This document shows, one piece after another, positions 49,769-61,545 of a stretch of 64,000 nucleotides of DNA; position 1 is the first letter of the stretch; every line of letters begins with the position of its first letter. A program made the position numbers and the translations under genes. The notes beneath the pieces were generated by a model, which ran no database searches, was not told the origin of the DNA, and saw nothing but the letters and a program-made list of their open reading frames with translations. This DNA comes from Lama guanicoe (Eukaryota), in the NCBI GenBank assembly GCA_013239625.1, contig MU054391.1, positions 6,965,824 to 7,029,823 on the forward strand. Reading direction: 5' to 3'.

Positions 49769-50721
49769 GCAAGTACAGCAGTGTGACAAGTGGTGGAGGT
49801 CAGGGAGCCCAAGGAACACTCGAGAAACACTGACACGTCGTTCCAGTCTGAGTCCATGCCCAGGGTGTCCTCCTAGGAAAACTCAAAAACTCTTTCTAGA
49901 GCAATGGAAGAGCTAAGCAGACCAGTCACTGGGGTGGCCCCTGACCAGATGCCAAGAGTGGCAGAGCTTGTCACAGTTTCCATGACAAGCCTGGGTGAAG
50001 TGGTCCTGTTCTGTGATGCCCGAGTGCTTGTTCATTTGTTCTTTCAATTAGTCACTCCCCCAGCCACACTAGGCCCCTGCCACGGAAACAGGCCCAGGGC
50101 TGAGCACCACGGAGAAGGGCACCAGCCCCTTGCTGATTTACCAGACCCTGGGCTGGCGGGTTGTCCTGTGGCCACTGGTATTTTTTGACTAGGAAATCTG
50201 ACTTTGATTGTGCAAAGGTGGCAATGGTCACCACGCAGAAGCATAAAACAAGACCAGATTGGATCTCTGTTCTGTGTCAGTGGGCTCATGGCTGCTGGCG
50301 GAGATAGATTTGTGGCTCAGCTAAGGAAATCCCGTTCTAATGAAGTGAGAGCCCTTGGAATGTGAGGGTTCAGTGGACTTGTTTTATGATGGTGCTCGCT
50401 GGTGCTGTGTGCTGGCATGGGGTCACACACACACAACCACAAACACATACACGCGTGCACATACAATCAGGTCCTTCTTAAATAAGTCAACACCGTATTT
50501 GGTATCACATTTTGGGGAATAGAGAAGAGAGGGTGGAAGTAAACTAGGAGAGGTATCTTACCATTAATTAAGAAATAAGAGAGAGCAAACCTTTCTTTTT
50601 TCCTAAAAAAACCAAACAATGGGCAGGGTGTAAATCTGGGTTTTAAACTGGATGTCAGGCAGGGCCAGGAATCCCATTGGGCCCTATTGGGTAGCTACGA
50701 TGAAGGTCAACATTCAATTAC

Positions 50722-50815
50722 TTTCTTTTTTTTTTTAATAGAGGTACAAGGGATTGAACCCAGGACCTTTTGCATGCTAAGCACGTGCTCTGCCACTGAG
50801 CTGTACCCTCTCCCT
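50722..50815 (-). mobile_element. tRNA-derived SINE (vic-1-like), short form
   Basis: PolyT followed by gggattgaacccagg...gcatgctaagcacgtgctctgccactgagct. Confidence 0.85.
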
Positions 50816-51304
50816 TCACCCCCCATTACATATTTTCTTTACATGGTTGTTGTATGTCTGTGGTAGGCCAAGGAACACAGAAAACAGAGCAAGGCAGGAC
50901 TGGAGGACAACCCTACTTGGTGTAATATGACTGGTGAACAAGCAAGACTAGCCAGGAGCCTCAGGGAAGTTGGGGTGGGGGTCCGGCAGACCTGCGTCCA
51001 ACAGCTGATGATCTCAGATTGAGACCATCTCTGCTCCTCACGTCACTGCACTTCCCACACCTCGGTTAAGCCGCCCTCCTCTTTGTAACTTCTGTGCTTC
51101 CCGAGCTCCTTTCCTTGTACCATCTGATCAAACCCCACTTGTGCTGTAAGACCCAACCCAGTGCCTCCTCCAGGAAGCCGCCTCAGATTCCCTTTAATCT
51201 GGGCCCCTTTGTAGCTTCTTTTTGCCTCCTTTATGACAAATAGCATACTCTTCCTTTAATAGTGATTCTTTATGTTGCTTCTTTTAAACCATAATATTCG
51301 TGAG

Positions 51305-51507
51305 CAGTGCTGCCCACATTGTGGTCCCTGGATGAGCAAGACCAGCGTCACCCAGGACCTTCTTAGAGGAGTGAATTCCTGGGGCCATCCCAGAGTCAGA
51401 GTCAGGCCCCCTTCCTGAATCAGAAGCTCTGTGGTGGGGCCCAGCAATCTGTGTTTTAGGAAAGCCTGTCAGGGGACCCTCATGCACCCTCAGGTTTGGG
51501 AAGCAAT
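51305..51507. mobile_element. MER5A (hAT-Charlie non-autonomous DNA transposon)
   Basis: cagtg...tgtggtcc...cagcgtcaccc...tgaatcagaagctctg..gtggggcccagcaatctgtgtttt. Confidence 0.85.
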
Positions 51508-52367
51508 TTCCTTGAGGTCGTAAACTATGTCTCCATCACCAGATTTTCCTGCAGAGCCGAGCATGATGCCTGCACACAGCCCACAGCGGGCATCCAGTAA
51601 GTGTGTGTGTGGTGAATACATGGAGATCTTCCGAGTACAGGATGCCACACGCACACCTGCACATTTGATCATCTTTGCAACCCCATGGGGATTTGATATC
51701 GTCACCCCATTTTACAAATGTGGAGACCGAGGCTTAGGGAAGTTAAGCTGCTTGCTTAGGGTAATATAATTAATAAATGATGCAGAAGTGATTTGGACCT
51801 GGCCTGGGCTCTCCAGCCTCTGAGAGTTGCCATTAGAATTAATCTTGTAATGGTTGCTAAAGTTTTTGTCACATTCTGTCGGTATTTGGAGTCTCTAGTC
51901 TGTTCAGTGATGTATTTTTCTAACTCAGCTTGCCAGAGAGTCCTGGGAGGCTGGGAGGCAGACTCCAACAGCGGGAGCTGGGCAGGGCCGGGCCGGCACA
52001 GGCCTGGCAGAGAGCTGGAAGGTACTGCCCACATGGAGTTTCTAGGGTCAGAGCCAAAGGAGCAGCCCAGGTGATGGCTGTTCGGCTTTGGTGGTTCTGT
52101 CTGGGCCCTGGCTCGCTCAGCTATAAAGTAAGGGATTGGACTAAATGAACCAGCAAATGGTACAGCCCCGTCAGGTATCAGAGCAGGTGCACAAGTCAGC
52201 AAGGGCTGGGAGTTCTAAATTTCCCCGAGCAGGAGCACTTGAGTTACCCCAGGTGCAACTAGCCTGCATGCTTTTGTTCTCTTGAATTCAGAGACCCCCC
52301 CACATGTGGGGGCCACACGTTGTGCCTAAGGCCATTGCCAGGCAGACACTGTGTCTTCTCCCCCCAG

Positions 52368-52553
52368 GTCACGGCAACTTCCCATACCTCTGTGGGAACC
52401 TGAATGACGTGGTCGTGAGCCCTCTCCTGTACACGTGCTACCAGAACTCCCAGTCCATCTCCAGGGCATATGAACAACACGGGGCCTCCACCATCCAGCC
52501 CATCTCAGAGGAGATGCAGCTCCTGCTCACCGTCTACTATCTCGTCCAGCTGG
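52368..52553 (+). CDS. GREB1: GREB1 coding exon 9 (GHGNFPYLCG...YYLVQL)
   Basis: Acceptor cccccag; 186 nt; donor TGG|GTGAGT. Confidence 0.97.
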
Positions 52554-53114
52554 GTGAGTCTCCTCCCATTTTGTGGGAACCATTGGCAGAATAATTGCAC
52601 AAGCCTTGCTTGCTGACCATCACTCAGAGCCCTTGTGAAGCCGCCTCTGTTACCAGGTCCTGTGGTGGTCACCCCTCCACCACCCACCCCCGAGGGTCTG
52701 AAGGTCAGGATCTCCAGTGAGGATTCAATAATGATTTCCCTGCCATTCTAGGTGCAGAGGTAGAGCAGGAATAAAACACAGGCTCTGCCCTCAAGGAGAC
52801 TGTGTTCTAGAGGGAGAGAGAAACAATGGACAAGTGGAAAGTAAACTGAATGAAGATGGGGTGGATGTCTGTGGGGCTGATTCAGGAAAGGCCTCTGTGA
52901 GGAGGTGGCGTTTAAGTGGAGAGTGATGAGAAGGAGCTGGCCTTGTGAGGAGCTGAGGGAGTCAGAAGAGGGGAAGAGAGGTGAGGGCCTCGGGGCGGGA
53001 GGGAACGAGGAGCCCCAGGTCAGTGGGAGCCAGAGCGTCTTCAGAGTGAGAGCATGAGGGCAAGGGTGCCGTCAGAGAGGGGACAGGGCCTCAGGCTAAG
53101 GTCGGGAGTTCATA

Positions 53115-53211
53115 TTTTATTTTTTTTAATTGAAGTATAATTGATTTACAATATTGGGTTAGTTTCTGGTGTACAACAGAGTGATTCATTCATGTATACA
53201 TATATACATAC

Positions 53212-53246
<35 letters not shown>

Positions 53247-53340
53247 CACACACATATTCCTTTTTATATTCTTTTTCCCTATTGGCTATTACAAGGTATT
53301 GAATATAGTTCCCTGTGCTATGCAGTAGGACCTTGTTGTT
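53115..53340 (-). mobile_element. LINE-1 3' tail containing a (CA)n microsatellite at ~53210-53254
   Basis: Same 3' terminus as the other young L1 copies; about 22 CA units with one interruption. Confidence 0.85.
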
Positions 53341-53376
53341 TAAGAGTTCGTATTTGAGACCCACTGAGAAATAACT

Positions 53377-53781
53377 TGTATCAGTCAGCTCAGGCGGCCA
53401 TAACAAGATATCTCAGACTGAGGGGCTTAAACAGCAGCGATGAATTCTGTCCTGATTCTAGAGGCTGGAAGTCTGAGATCCTGGTGGCAGGCTGGTTGGG
53501 TTCTGGGGGTCCTCTCTTCCTGGCTTGCAGATGGCCGCCTTTGCGCTGTGTCCTCCCGCGGCCTTTCCTTGGTGTGTGTGTGTGTGGTGGGGGACGGAGA
53601 GGGAGTTCCGGTGTCTCTTCCTCTTCTTAAAGGGCCACCGGTCCTACTGGATTAGGGCCCCACCCTTCTGACCTCCCTTAACCTTAGCTACTTCTTTAGA
53701 GGCCCGTTGCCAAATATAATCACGCTGGGGGCTAAGCCTTCAACATAGGAGATTGGGGGGAACACAATTCAGTCCATAGCT
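53377..53781 (-). mobile_element. ERVL-MaLR solo LTR (MLT1A-like)
   Basis: tgtatcagtcagctcagg...ggcttaaacagc...gaacacaattcagtccatagc. Confidence 0.85.
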
Positions 53782-55509
53782 CCCCTGGAGCCCTGTAGGC
53801 GGATGTGATCTGACTGTCATTTCTAGAAGACCACGTGCAGCAGATGGTGCAGGGGTGGTGCCGCCGTCCCAGTGAAGGCAGGTGGTGGCTTGGGCCACTG
53901 AGGGGCACAGGGGAACGATGCCAGATATATTCTGAAGGTGAGCATGGTGGGCTGTCTGTCTGAGGGGGCCAGGGAAGGAGGGGACTTGCGTTTTGGCCTG
54001 AGCAGCCAGGTAAGCTGTGGAGCTGAAGGATGAGCGAAAAGCTCCATCTCAGCAATTTCAAGTGTGAGCTGCTGGTGGGATGGCCACAGGGGCTGAGTCA
54101 AGGATTTGGGTGGGCAGGTCTTGAGCCTCAGGGAGACGTTGCAGCTACAGATTTAGGATACGTGGGCTCAGGGATGATCTGTGTTAAAGTGGTGAGACTG
54201 GATGTGAGCCTGGGAGTGGTGATGGATGGAGGAGGGCACCAAGGTTTGAGCCCTGGGACACGCAACATTCAGAGACCTGGAGGAGACAGAGGGAGCTGGG
54301 AGAGGGGGAAACCTCCAGGTCAAGAGTCTGGAAACATGTGTAAGTGTTCTCTTTCTCACTCTCACTCACAATCCACATACATACACCGGTAGGCTGGTCC
54401 TCATCCTGAATCCAACCTTGCCCACCCTCTCCATCACTGCCTCCCTTGCCCAGGGCACCACTCTTCCCCACTATTCTCCATGTCTGTTAAACTGTGAATC
54501 CAATCATATATTTTCTCTGCTCAGAGCTCTCCAGTGGTTTCCCATCACGTGCTTAACCCGCACAATGTTCCAGGGCCCAAGTGACGGGCCCCACCTCCTG
54601 CTCCCCTCTGCTCCCTCTGCTCCAGCCCCACGGTCCCTCCCTAGCCCACCAATCTTGGTCCCATGCAGGCATCTTGAGCCTGCTGTTCCTTCCCTGAGAA
54701 ATGATCTTGCCCCAGGACATTTGCATGACTCACTTCCTCCTGTCATCCGAGTATCACTTCACATGTTACCCCATGTCACCTTCTCAGAGAGGCCTTATCA
54801 TTATCGTGGGTAAGACAGCATTGCCCCCTCCCCAGACCCCTCTTCTCTTTTACCCGTTCACTCAGAGCACTACACTCCCGAAAATTATACTGTGTATCTG
54901 TTTAAGTCCACCTCCCCATTTAGGATGGAAGCTCTGTGAGATCAGGAATGTTCATCTCAGTCACTTGTGTGTGTCCAGTGGCAGAAAGCTGGCACTCAGC
55001 CAGGAGATGTTGAAGGAACAGATAAATATTGAATCAGAAGCTGGTGAAGCAAAGCATTTCAGGGAGAGGGACCAGTCAACTGAGGTAGTGGCCAAGAGTT
55101 GAGTGTAGACTGGTTATTGACCGTTGGCTTTGGGCACGTGGAAGCCATTGGCAACCCTGATGGTGATGTATGAGGAAGCTGGAGACAAGACCGTATTGGG
55201 TTATGTGGGTGAGAGAGCATGGAGGTGAGGAAACAAGAATGGTGGCAAGTGCAGACAGCTCTCCCAGAGCTTTGCTGGGTGGTGGTTCTGGAAGGGGATG
55301 TGGGCTCCAGGGAAAGATTTTAAAGACAGGAGATAGAACAGCTTATCTAATTGAATTTTGGCACAGCCCCATGAGTAGGCATTATGACCCCCATTTTTTC
55401 CTATCAGAAAACTGTATCTTAAGAGAACCCAAGGCTCCACAGCTGGTGCTGGGTGGGGCTGGATGGAGCATGTCTCCTAAATCAAAGCACAGTGCTCCTT
55501 CCTCCAGCT

Positions 55510-56190
55510 CATCCAATTAAAAAATTTGGACATATAAACCAGAAAATAACTGTAGGAAACGAATGTGGAAAGTATCCAGTCTCCCTAGTTATCCAAGAGG
55601 TACAAAATTAATAAATCAAACAGGCACTGTTTTTCTCTGTTAAATTAATGATAACCCAAACAGTGGCATCCGGTGGAGCTAAGGGTGCTGTGAAACGAGT
55701 GTTTATCACGTGTCATTAACGTCATGGTAAGTTGACACATTTAGACCACCTGGAAATTTGATGATACATGTTAGTCGGCCCTGTTTTGCACATTTAGGCT
55801 CAGAAAGTTAGGTCCTAGACATAAAGCTGTGTATTGCAGAAGTATTTATAAAGGTGCTCATGTGGAAGCAATCCAAGGGTCAACAGTAGATCAACATGGC
55901 TAAGCCAGTGATGGCAACTCCGTGTTGTGGGACGTCACGTGCCCATTAGGAGTGCTATCTGTGAAGACCATAAATGTCCCGGAAACAAGACGATGGTGTG
56001 TGATGATGAGGAAAGCAGACAAGCCCTGAAGTCCTACACTCACGATCACTACAGCTATTTATAACCTGCATGTGGGGGGAAAAAAGACAAATACACAAAA
56101 ATAGTAGTGCTTCTGTTAGGTTGGTGAGATTAGGGCTGCTTTTGTAGCCACCGCTATATTTCCCAGCAGTCTGTAATGCAGTTTAACATT
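55510..56190 (+). mobile_element. Highly decayed L1M ORF2-end/3' UTR fragment
   Basis: Residual L1 text (tggaagcaatccaagggtcaacagtaga...); boundaries approximate. Confidence 0.5.
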
Positions 56191-56229
56191 CTTAGCTTAG
56201 ATGGTGTTTTTTTAAAATTCGTTTACACG

Positions 56230-56770
56230 CATTTCCGCCGAATGGCCCCACCGTGTCTGTACGAAGCCGCCGCGTGGGGCGCGCGCTGAAGCCTCTTCCG
56301 CCCGCCTTGTCTTTGGCAGCGGCCGACCAGGTGCCCCTGATGGAGGACCTGGAGCAGATCTTCCTGCGCTCCTGGCGCGAGTCGCACCTGACGGAGATCC
56401 GGCAGTACCAGCAGGCGCCGCCGCAGCCCTTCCCGCCGGCGCCCAGCGCCGTGGCCCCGGTCACCTCGGCGCAGCTGCCCTGGCTGGCCGGCCTGGCCGC
56501 CAGCTCCTGCAACGACAGCGTGCACATCATTGAGTGCACCTACTCCCTGGCCGAGGGCCTGTCCGAGATGTTCCGGCTGCTCGTCGAGGGCAAGCTGGCC
56601 AAGACCAACTACGTGGTGATCATCTGCGCCTGCCGGAATGCCGCCATCGACTCCTGCATCGCTGTCACCGGTGAGGCTGGGCCCCGCCGCTTGGCTGGAG
56701 GAAAAGCAGCTGTGTCGATCCCCCGAAGCCCTCCTTGGCGGTTGCCCCTTTTCGTGGCCCAGGGCTCGCA
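56230..56770. other. Intragenic CpG island over coding exon 10
   Basis: Very dense CpG and GC content, starting ~90 nt upstream of the acceptor, against CpG-poor flanks. Confidence 0.75.
56320..56670 (+). CDS. GREB1: GREB1 coding exon 10 (AADQVPLMEDLEQIF...DSCIAVT)
   Basis: Acceptor ttggcag; 351 nt; donor CCG|GTGAGG. Confidence 0.97.
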
Positions 56771-57035
56771 GCAGGTTGGTTAGCAACTGCAATTAGCGCT
56801 CAGTAGCCCTTGGTGTGAGCCGCTGGTGCCCTGAGTAGTGTGCTGAGTGAAAATTCCATTCCTCCTCCCATGGAAGCTGAGCAATTCCCCCTTCTCTAGA
56901 GAGACTGGGGGCAAGTGTGGAGTCCAGATATACGCGCGGAAACCTGGGTTCCCCGTGCACCTGGTGATCAGTGGCTTGATGACACTGGCCCTCAGTTTCT
57001 TCAACTATCTGATGGAGATAAAAAATAATGACCTT

Positions 57036-57200
57036 GGGAGGAAGGTATAGCTCAAGTGGTAGAGCACATGCTTAGCATGCATGAGGCCCTGGGTTCAATC
57101 CCCAGTACCTCCTCTAAAAATAAATAAATAAACCTGATTACTTCCCCCCAACCCTTGCAAAGCAAAAACAAAAGTAAATAGTCTTTAAAAAAAAAAAAAA
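57036..57200 (+). mobile_element. tRNA-derived SINE (camelid vic-1-like)
   Basis: gggaggaaggtatagctcaagtggtagagc (A box)...gggttcaatcccc (B box), (TAAA)n and polyA tail. Confidence 0.9.
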
Positions 57201-57234
57201 CCTTACGATGTTGTGTGAGTTCATGAGCCAGTTA

Positions 57235-58900
57235 ACTAATTAATTATACAAACACTTATTAAAGCCCTACTATGTGCAGCCACGGTTCTGGGGGCTAGGG
57301 ATACAGGAGGGAAGTCCCTGCTTTTGTGGAGTGTGGGTTCTGGTGGAGATGCAGACAGTGCAGAATGTACCTGGTGGGAGGGTGAAGGGATGGAGGATTG
57401 CAGTTAATGGGGCTGCCTCCTCAGGGGGTCAGGAGGATCTCCCTCACAAGGTGACATTAGAGCAGGGACCTGAGAGAAATGAGGAAGCCAATTATGCTGA
57501 CACTGGGAGCAGCTTCAGGGGTCTTCAAGACCATGAGGCACTGTCTTGGACGAGCTGGTAGAGGTGGGGAGATGTGGCCTGATTCTGGGTGTGTTTTGAC
57601 GTTGGTGCCACCAGGGTTTGCTCATGGGTCCTGCGTGGAATGTGGGAGAAGCGAGGGCTCAAGGACCATGCTGATGGTTCTGGCCTGTATGGCTGGAATA
57701 ACACAACTGCCATCTATTGAGATGGGAAGAACTGCAGGAAAAATGTGTGTTTTGTTTTTAAAAAAACTTTTCCATTGTTTATATGTGGTGGGAAGACGTG
57801 GCAGTGAAGGTGGCAGTGGAACCAAGTGTTCTTTCTGGCCAGCTAGGCTTCAGCCAGCCAGTGGCCATGGTAAGTAGGCAATTGGATATAAAACCTGCAG
57901 TTCGGGGCAGGTTGGGTCTAAAGATTAAGGGCATAGTCAGCATTTATGGGACTTGAAAGCCAAGAGATGGACGCTCTGACCGTCCAGTAAGTGGAGAGTG
58001 AAAGAAGAGGTCAGAGGACTAGTCCTGTGAAAGGAAGAGAATGGTGTTTAGGAAGTCAAGGGAAGGATGTGTCAAGAAGGAAGGATGTATCGAGAAGGAA
58101 GGATGTGTCGAGAAGGAAGGATGTGTCGAGAAGGAAGGATGTGTTGAGAAGGAAGAGGTGATGAATAGATCAGATGCTTCTTCTTCGGTCAAGTTAAGTT
58201 GAGGACTGAGAGTCGGTTCCTGAGATCTGTCAACGGGATGGTCCTTGATGACGCTGGCAGCGCAGTCTCTGTGGGGTGGTGGTTGATGAAGGACAAAGGC
58301 ACCACTGAGTTGGGCTCTAGAGAGAGTGGGTGAAGTAACAAATACAGACAATTATTTTCAGAAGTTTTGCCTTAAGAAGAATAGAGAAATGAGACAATAA
58401 CTGGAGAGGGAATGGGATCAGGGTTTTGTTGGTTTACAGTGGGAAATGCAAGAGTATGTTGGACACTGGGAATGTACACTGAGGGGAGAAGTGGATGGTG
58501 CAGGCGAGAGGAGGCAGTGGTTAGAAGGCAGAGTCCATGAGGCAGGGAGGGGATGGGCTACAGCGCACAGGTGGGCATGGTGGCCCCAGATAGGCACGTG
58601 GTGGTTCTGAATGTGCGGAGGATGAGTCAGCACAGTGGGGTTTCTCCAGCCATGTCTGGCAGCTTGGGGACGGGCGCGGAACAGAAGGGGGGTTTGGCCA
58701 GTGAGAGTTGGGGCAAGGCTGTTGGGACGGATGCCCAAGGAGTGATTATTGATGAACTGGGAATCCCAGTCCAAGAAGGGGCAGGAGGATAGGAAGGGAG
58801 TGAAGGCAGGGAAATGTCCAGGAGCCTCCATGGACTTGAGAAGACTGGGGGGAATTCCTAGAAGCAGGCAGGTGTCAGAGATGGTTGGAGAGTTGGGGGC
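57235..58900. mobile_element. Long decayed LINE-2 segment
   Basis: L2 end text (aaacacttattaaagccctactatgtgc) followed by a purine-rich L2 body; further L2 pieces at ~52750-55330; boundaries approximate. Confidence 0.65.
58061..58155. repeat. 18-bp minisatellite (GGAAGGATGTGTCGAGAA) x5.3
   Basis: Five head-to-tail copies, each with at most one mismatch. Confidence 0.95.
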
Positions 58901-59940
58901 TGGAAGTGGAGGTTATAAAAGCAGCATGGTTATCAATGACCAGGCCGTCCAGGCCATGCCCGGGGTGGCAGGTGGGTGACATGGAGAAGAGGACAGCTCC
59001 TTGGAAGAGATAAGATGTACCGAGCACCTTTTATGTGCTGGATCGTCCTCCGTGAGCACGTTACCCTGCATAATGACCCATGAATTCATTCTCACAGAGC
59101 AGTGCAAAGGCCTAATTCCAACTTCATCTTGTTAGAGAAAAAGAACACAAGAAAATTCTTAAGTCTGGCACTTTCTTAATTAAAGAGTCATGGATACAAA
59201 CAGATTTCTCAACTTAGATAAGTCTCTTAGTGAAGATTTTGAAATGTCATTCTTAACACGTTTGCATAATACTCGTGGATCTTCATGGGTCAGCTTGTAA
59301 ATTTCAGGTGATTTTTGGCTGATCAGTACACTCACTTCTTTGGCCTCTTATTTTAAAAAAAATACCACAGCTATTACACATTTTAAATCTGAGATATTTG
59401 TATCTTTTAAAATTTATTTTAAAAACTCACGTTGTTCCTCTGCAGGGTCCCAGTTATTGTCCAGCCTTCTTTTATCCTAAATGCCTTCTGCATTTTTCAT
59501 AAATTCTTTACATTAATTTGAGTAGTATGTTCGATAGTAAACCTGGAGCCCCTGCTGTGTCGGGCATTGGGCTGAACGTTTTATAAACACTGTCCTGTTT
59601 TATCATCACAACAGTGCTGTGAAGTAGACAGTACCGTTGGCCACGTGTTCTGGATAAGGAAGCTGGGCTGTCCTAGGTTACACAGCTGGTTAAGTGGGGA
59701 GAGAGTCAGGTTCCAATGCCAGTACGGGCTGGTCCGCCTTATTATCCCAACTGTTAAACTGGGCCAGGGTGGTGTGTGCCATTATTCACGTCACCAGCAT
59801 GAACCCCTGCCCTCAGCCAGGCCTGGTGCTGGGCTTGGGGGTGGAGAGAGAAAGAGATGCCGACACAGACCCTGCCATAGAGGAGCTCATGTGCTAATTC
59901 TAAGCGAGGGGCCCAGTAAAAGTTGTTGTTTGTTTTCCAG

Positions 59941-60069
59941 GAAAATACCAAGCCCGGATTCTCTCTGAGAGCCTTCTCACCCCAGCCGAATACCAGAAAG
60001 AAGTTAATTACGAGCTGGTTACGGGCAAAGTGGACTCGCTGGGAGCCTTTTTCAGCACCCTCTGTCCAG
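59941..60069 (+). CDS. GREB1: GREB1 coding exon 11 (GKYQARILSE...FSTLCP)
   Basis: Acceptor tttccag; 129 nt; donor CAG|GTAGGC. Confidence 0.96.
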
Positions 60070-60776
60070 GTAGGCTTGTAGTGAGACAGGTGCAAATTCA
60101 GAAATTGACAAGACAGAAGTAAACAAAGACACAAAGAGGGAGGACATCTTGGAGGCCGACCCCTGTGAGCCGCTGGGCCTGGCCTTGATTGTCGCTTGCA
60201 GCCCGTGAAGGCTGCCCCTCCGTTCTCTGGGTTAGCATTGCTGGCGGGTCTCTGGCTGACCAGCTTCCTGCTCCGGCTGTGGCTTCTCTACGTGGGAGCT
60301 GTGTGGTTTCGGTCCTTTGGGGGCGCATGAGGGCCGGTGCCTGGTTCTCTACCTCTCTGGCGCCGTCCACCACCACTCCTACCTCCCATCTGCATTGCTT
60401 GAAGCTTCTCATTGGCGAAGTGTGTTCTCCGTGCCTCATTCTGTGCATTATATGCCTTGAGTGCCCGTCTCCCTTCTCCTCCTGGCTACTCACCCTTCAG
60501 GACTCACCCCATTTCCTCCCAGAAACCTTCTCTGGCCCCTCCTTCTCCAGAATGGGCTCAGACCCCCACCTCCTGGCCTATGGGCTCTTGCTCTTTCTTC
60601 TGTCCTCACACCGACTGCATCATAATGTAATTTTCTTTAGCACATCTGCCGTCCTGAGCTGTGGACTCCTCGACAGGATGGGCCATCCTGTCTCTGGTCC
60701 CCCAGGCCCTGGGTGGTGCCTGATACATGGGAGGTGATGCAAAACCCACATCTGTTATTCTCTCTGTTTTGGGCAG

Positions 60777-60905
60777 AGGGCGACATTGACATTTTGCTGG
60801 ACAAATTTCATCAGGAAAATCAAGGCCACATTTCTTCCTCACTTACTGCCACCTCTGTCACCAAATCAGCATCCCTGGAAGTTGCCGGGACACCAGTGTG
60901 CACAA
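60777..60905 (+). CDS. GREB1: GREB1 coding exon 12 (EGDIDILLDKF...TPVCT)
   Basis: Acceptor gggcag; 129 nt; donor CAA|GTGAGT. Confidence 0.96.
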
Positions 60906-61545
60906 GTGAGTGATGCCAGGGAGCTGGCGGCCGAGGTCTGAGCTGGTGAGGCAGCCCCCAGGGGGTCCAGGAGCTGCAAGGGAGCAAAGTTAGAGGTACA
61001 TCCAGCGGGCAAGGCGTCACCTCAGCATCAAAGTAGACCTAACATCCAATTTTAATTTTCGTCTTTAAGGACAGCAGTCTCATTTTACCCTGAAATGTAC
61101 GTCTGTACACTTTTCCTGAGATGGCGCATTTCTCTGGGTTGATTTCCAGTTTATATGTGCGTTGTTAAAATATTTTAATCACTCTAAGTTCCTGAAGAGC
61201 TGTTATGGTCTCCTCCTCTTCCAGAGAAGCTGCAGCCTCTTCCAAAGTCCAGTCTCGACATCAGCTCCCCTGGGAAGCCAAACTTACCCCTCCAGGTAGA
61301 ACAGGTCACTGCCTCTCTGCTCCCCGAGCGCTGTTTATCTTTATTTTTAAATTAGGAAAGGGGTGTGAAATGACCATCATGGTGTGTAGCCCAGAGCAGG
61401 TCCTCAATAAATATTGGTGTTTTCCCCATTCCTCTTCACCTGGTGCACTAGACGGGGGCCCACCGTCTGATTCCCTAGCAGAGGTCCAGGGCTGTAGCCA
61501 TCTGCGTGCAGGTGCGTCTCACCTTTACGGGGACTCTGGTTCCAG

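Noticed and set aside
56223..56792. 189-aa antisense ORF over exon 10
   Set aside because: Expected shadow of a GC3-rich coding exon; no independent gene signals.
57036..57112. tRNA gene (A and B boxes)
   Set aside because: Followed by a SINE tail and polyA, with related copies elsewhere; it is a SINE head.
58061..58155. CRISPR-like array, or THPSFS repeat protein on the minus strand
   Set aside because: Head-to-tail repeats with no spacers in a mammalian intron; the peptide is just the translated minisatellite.
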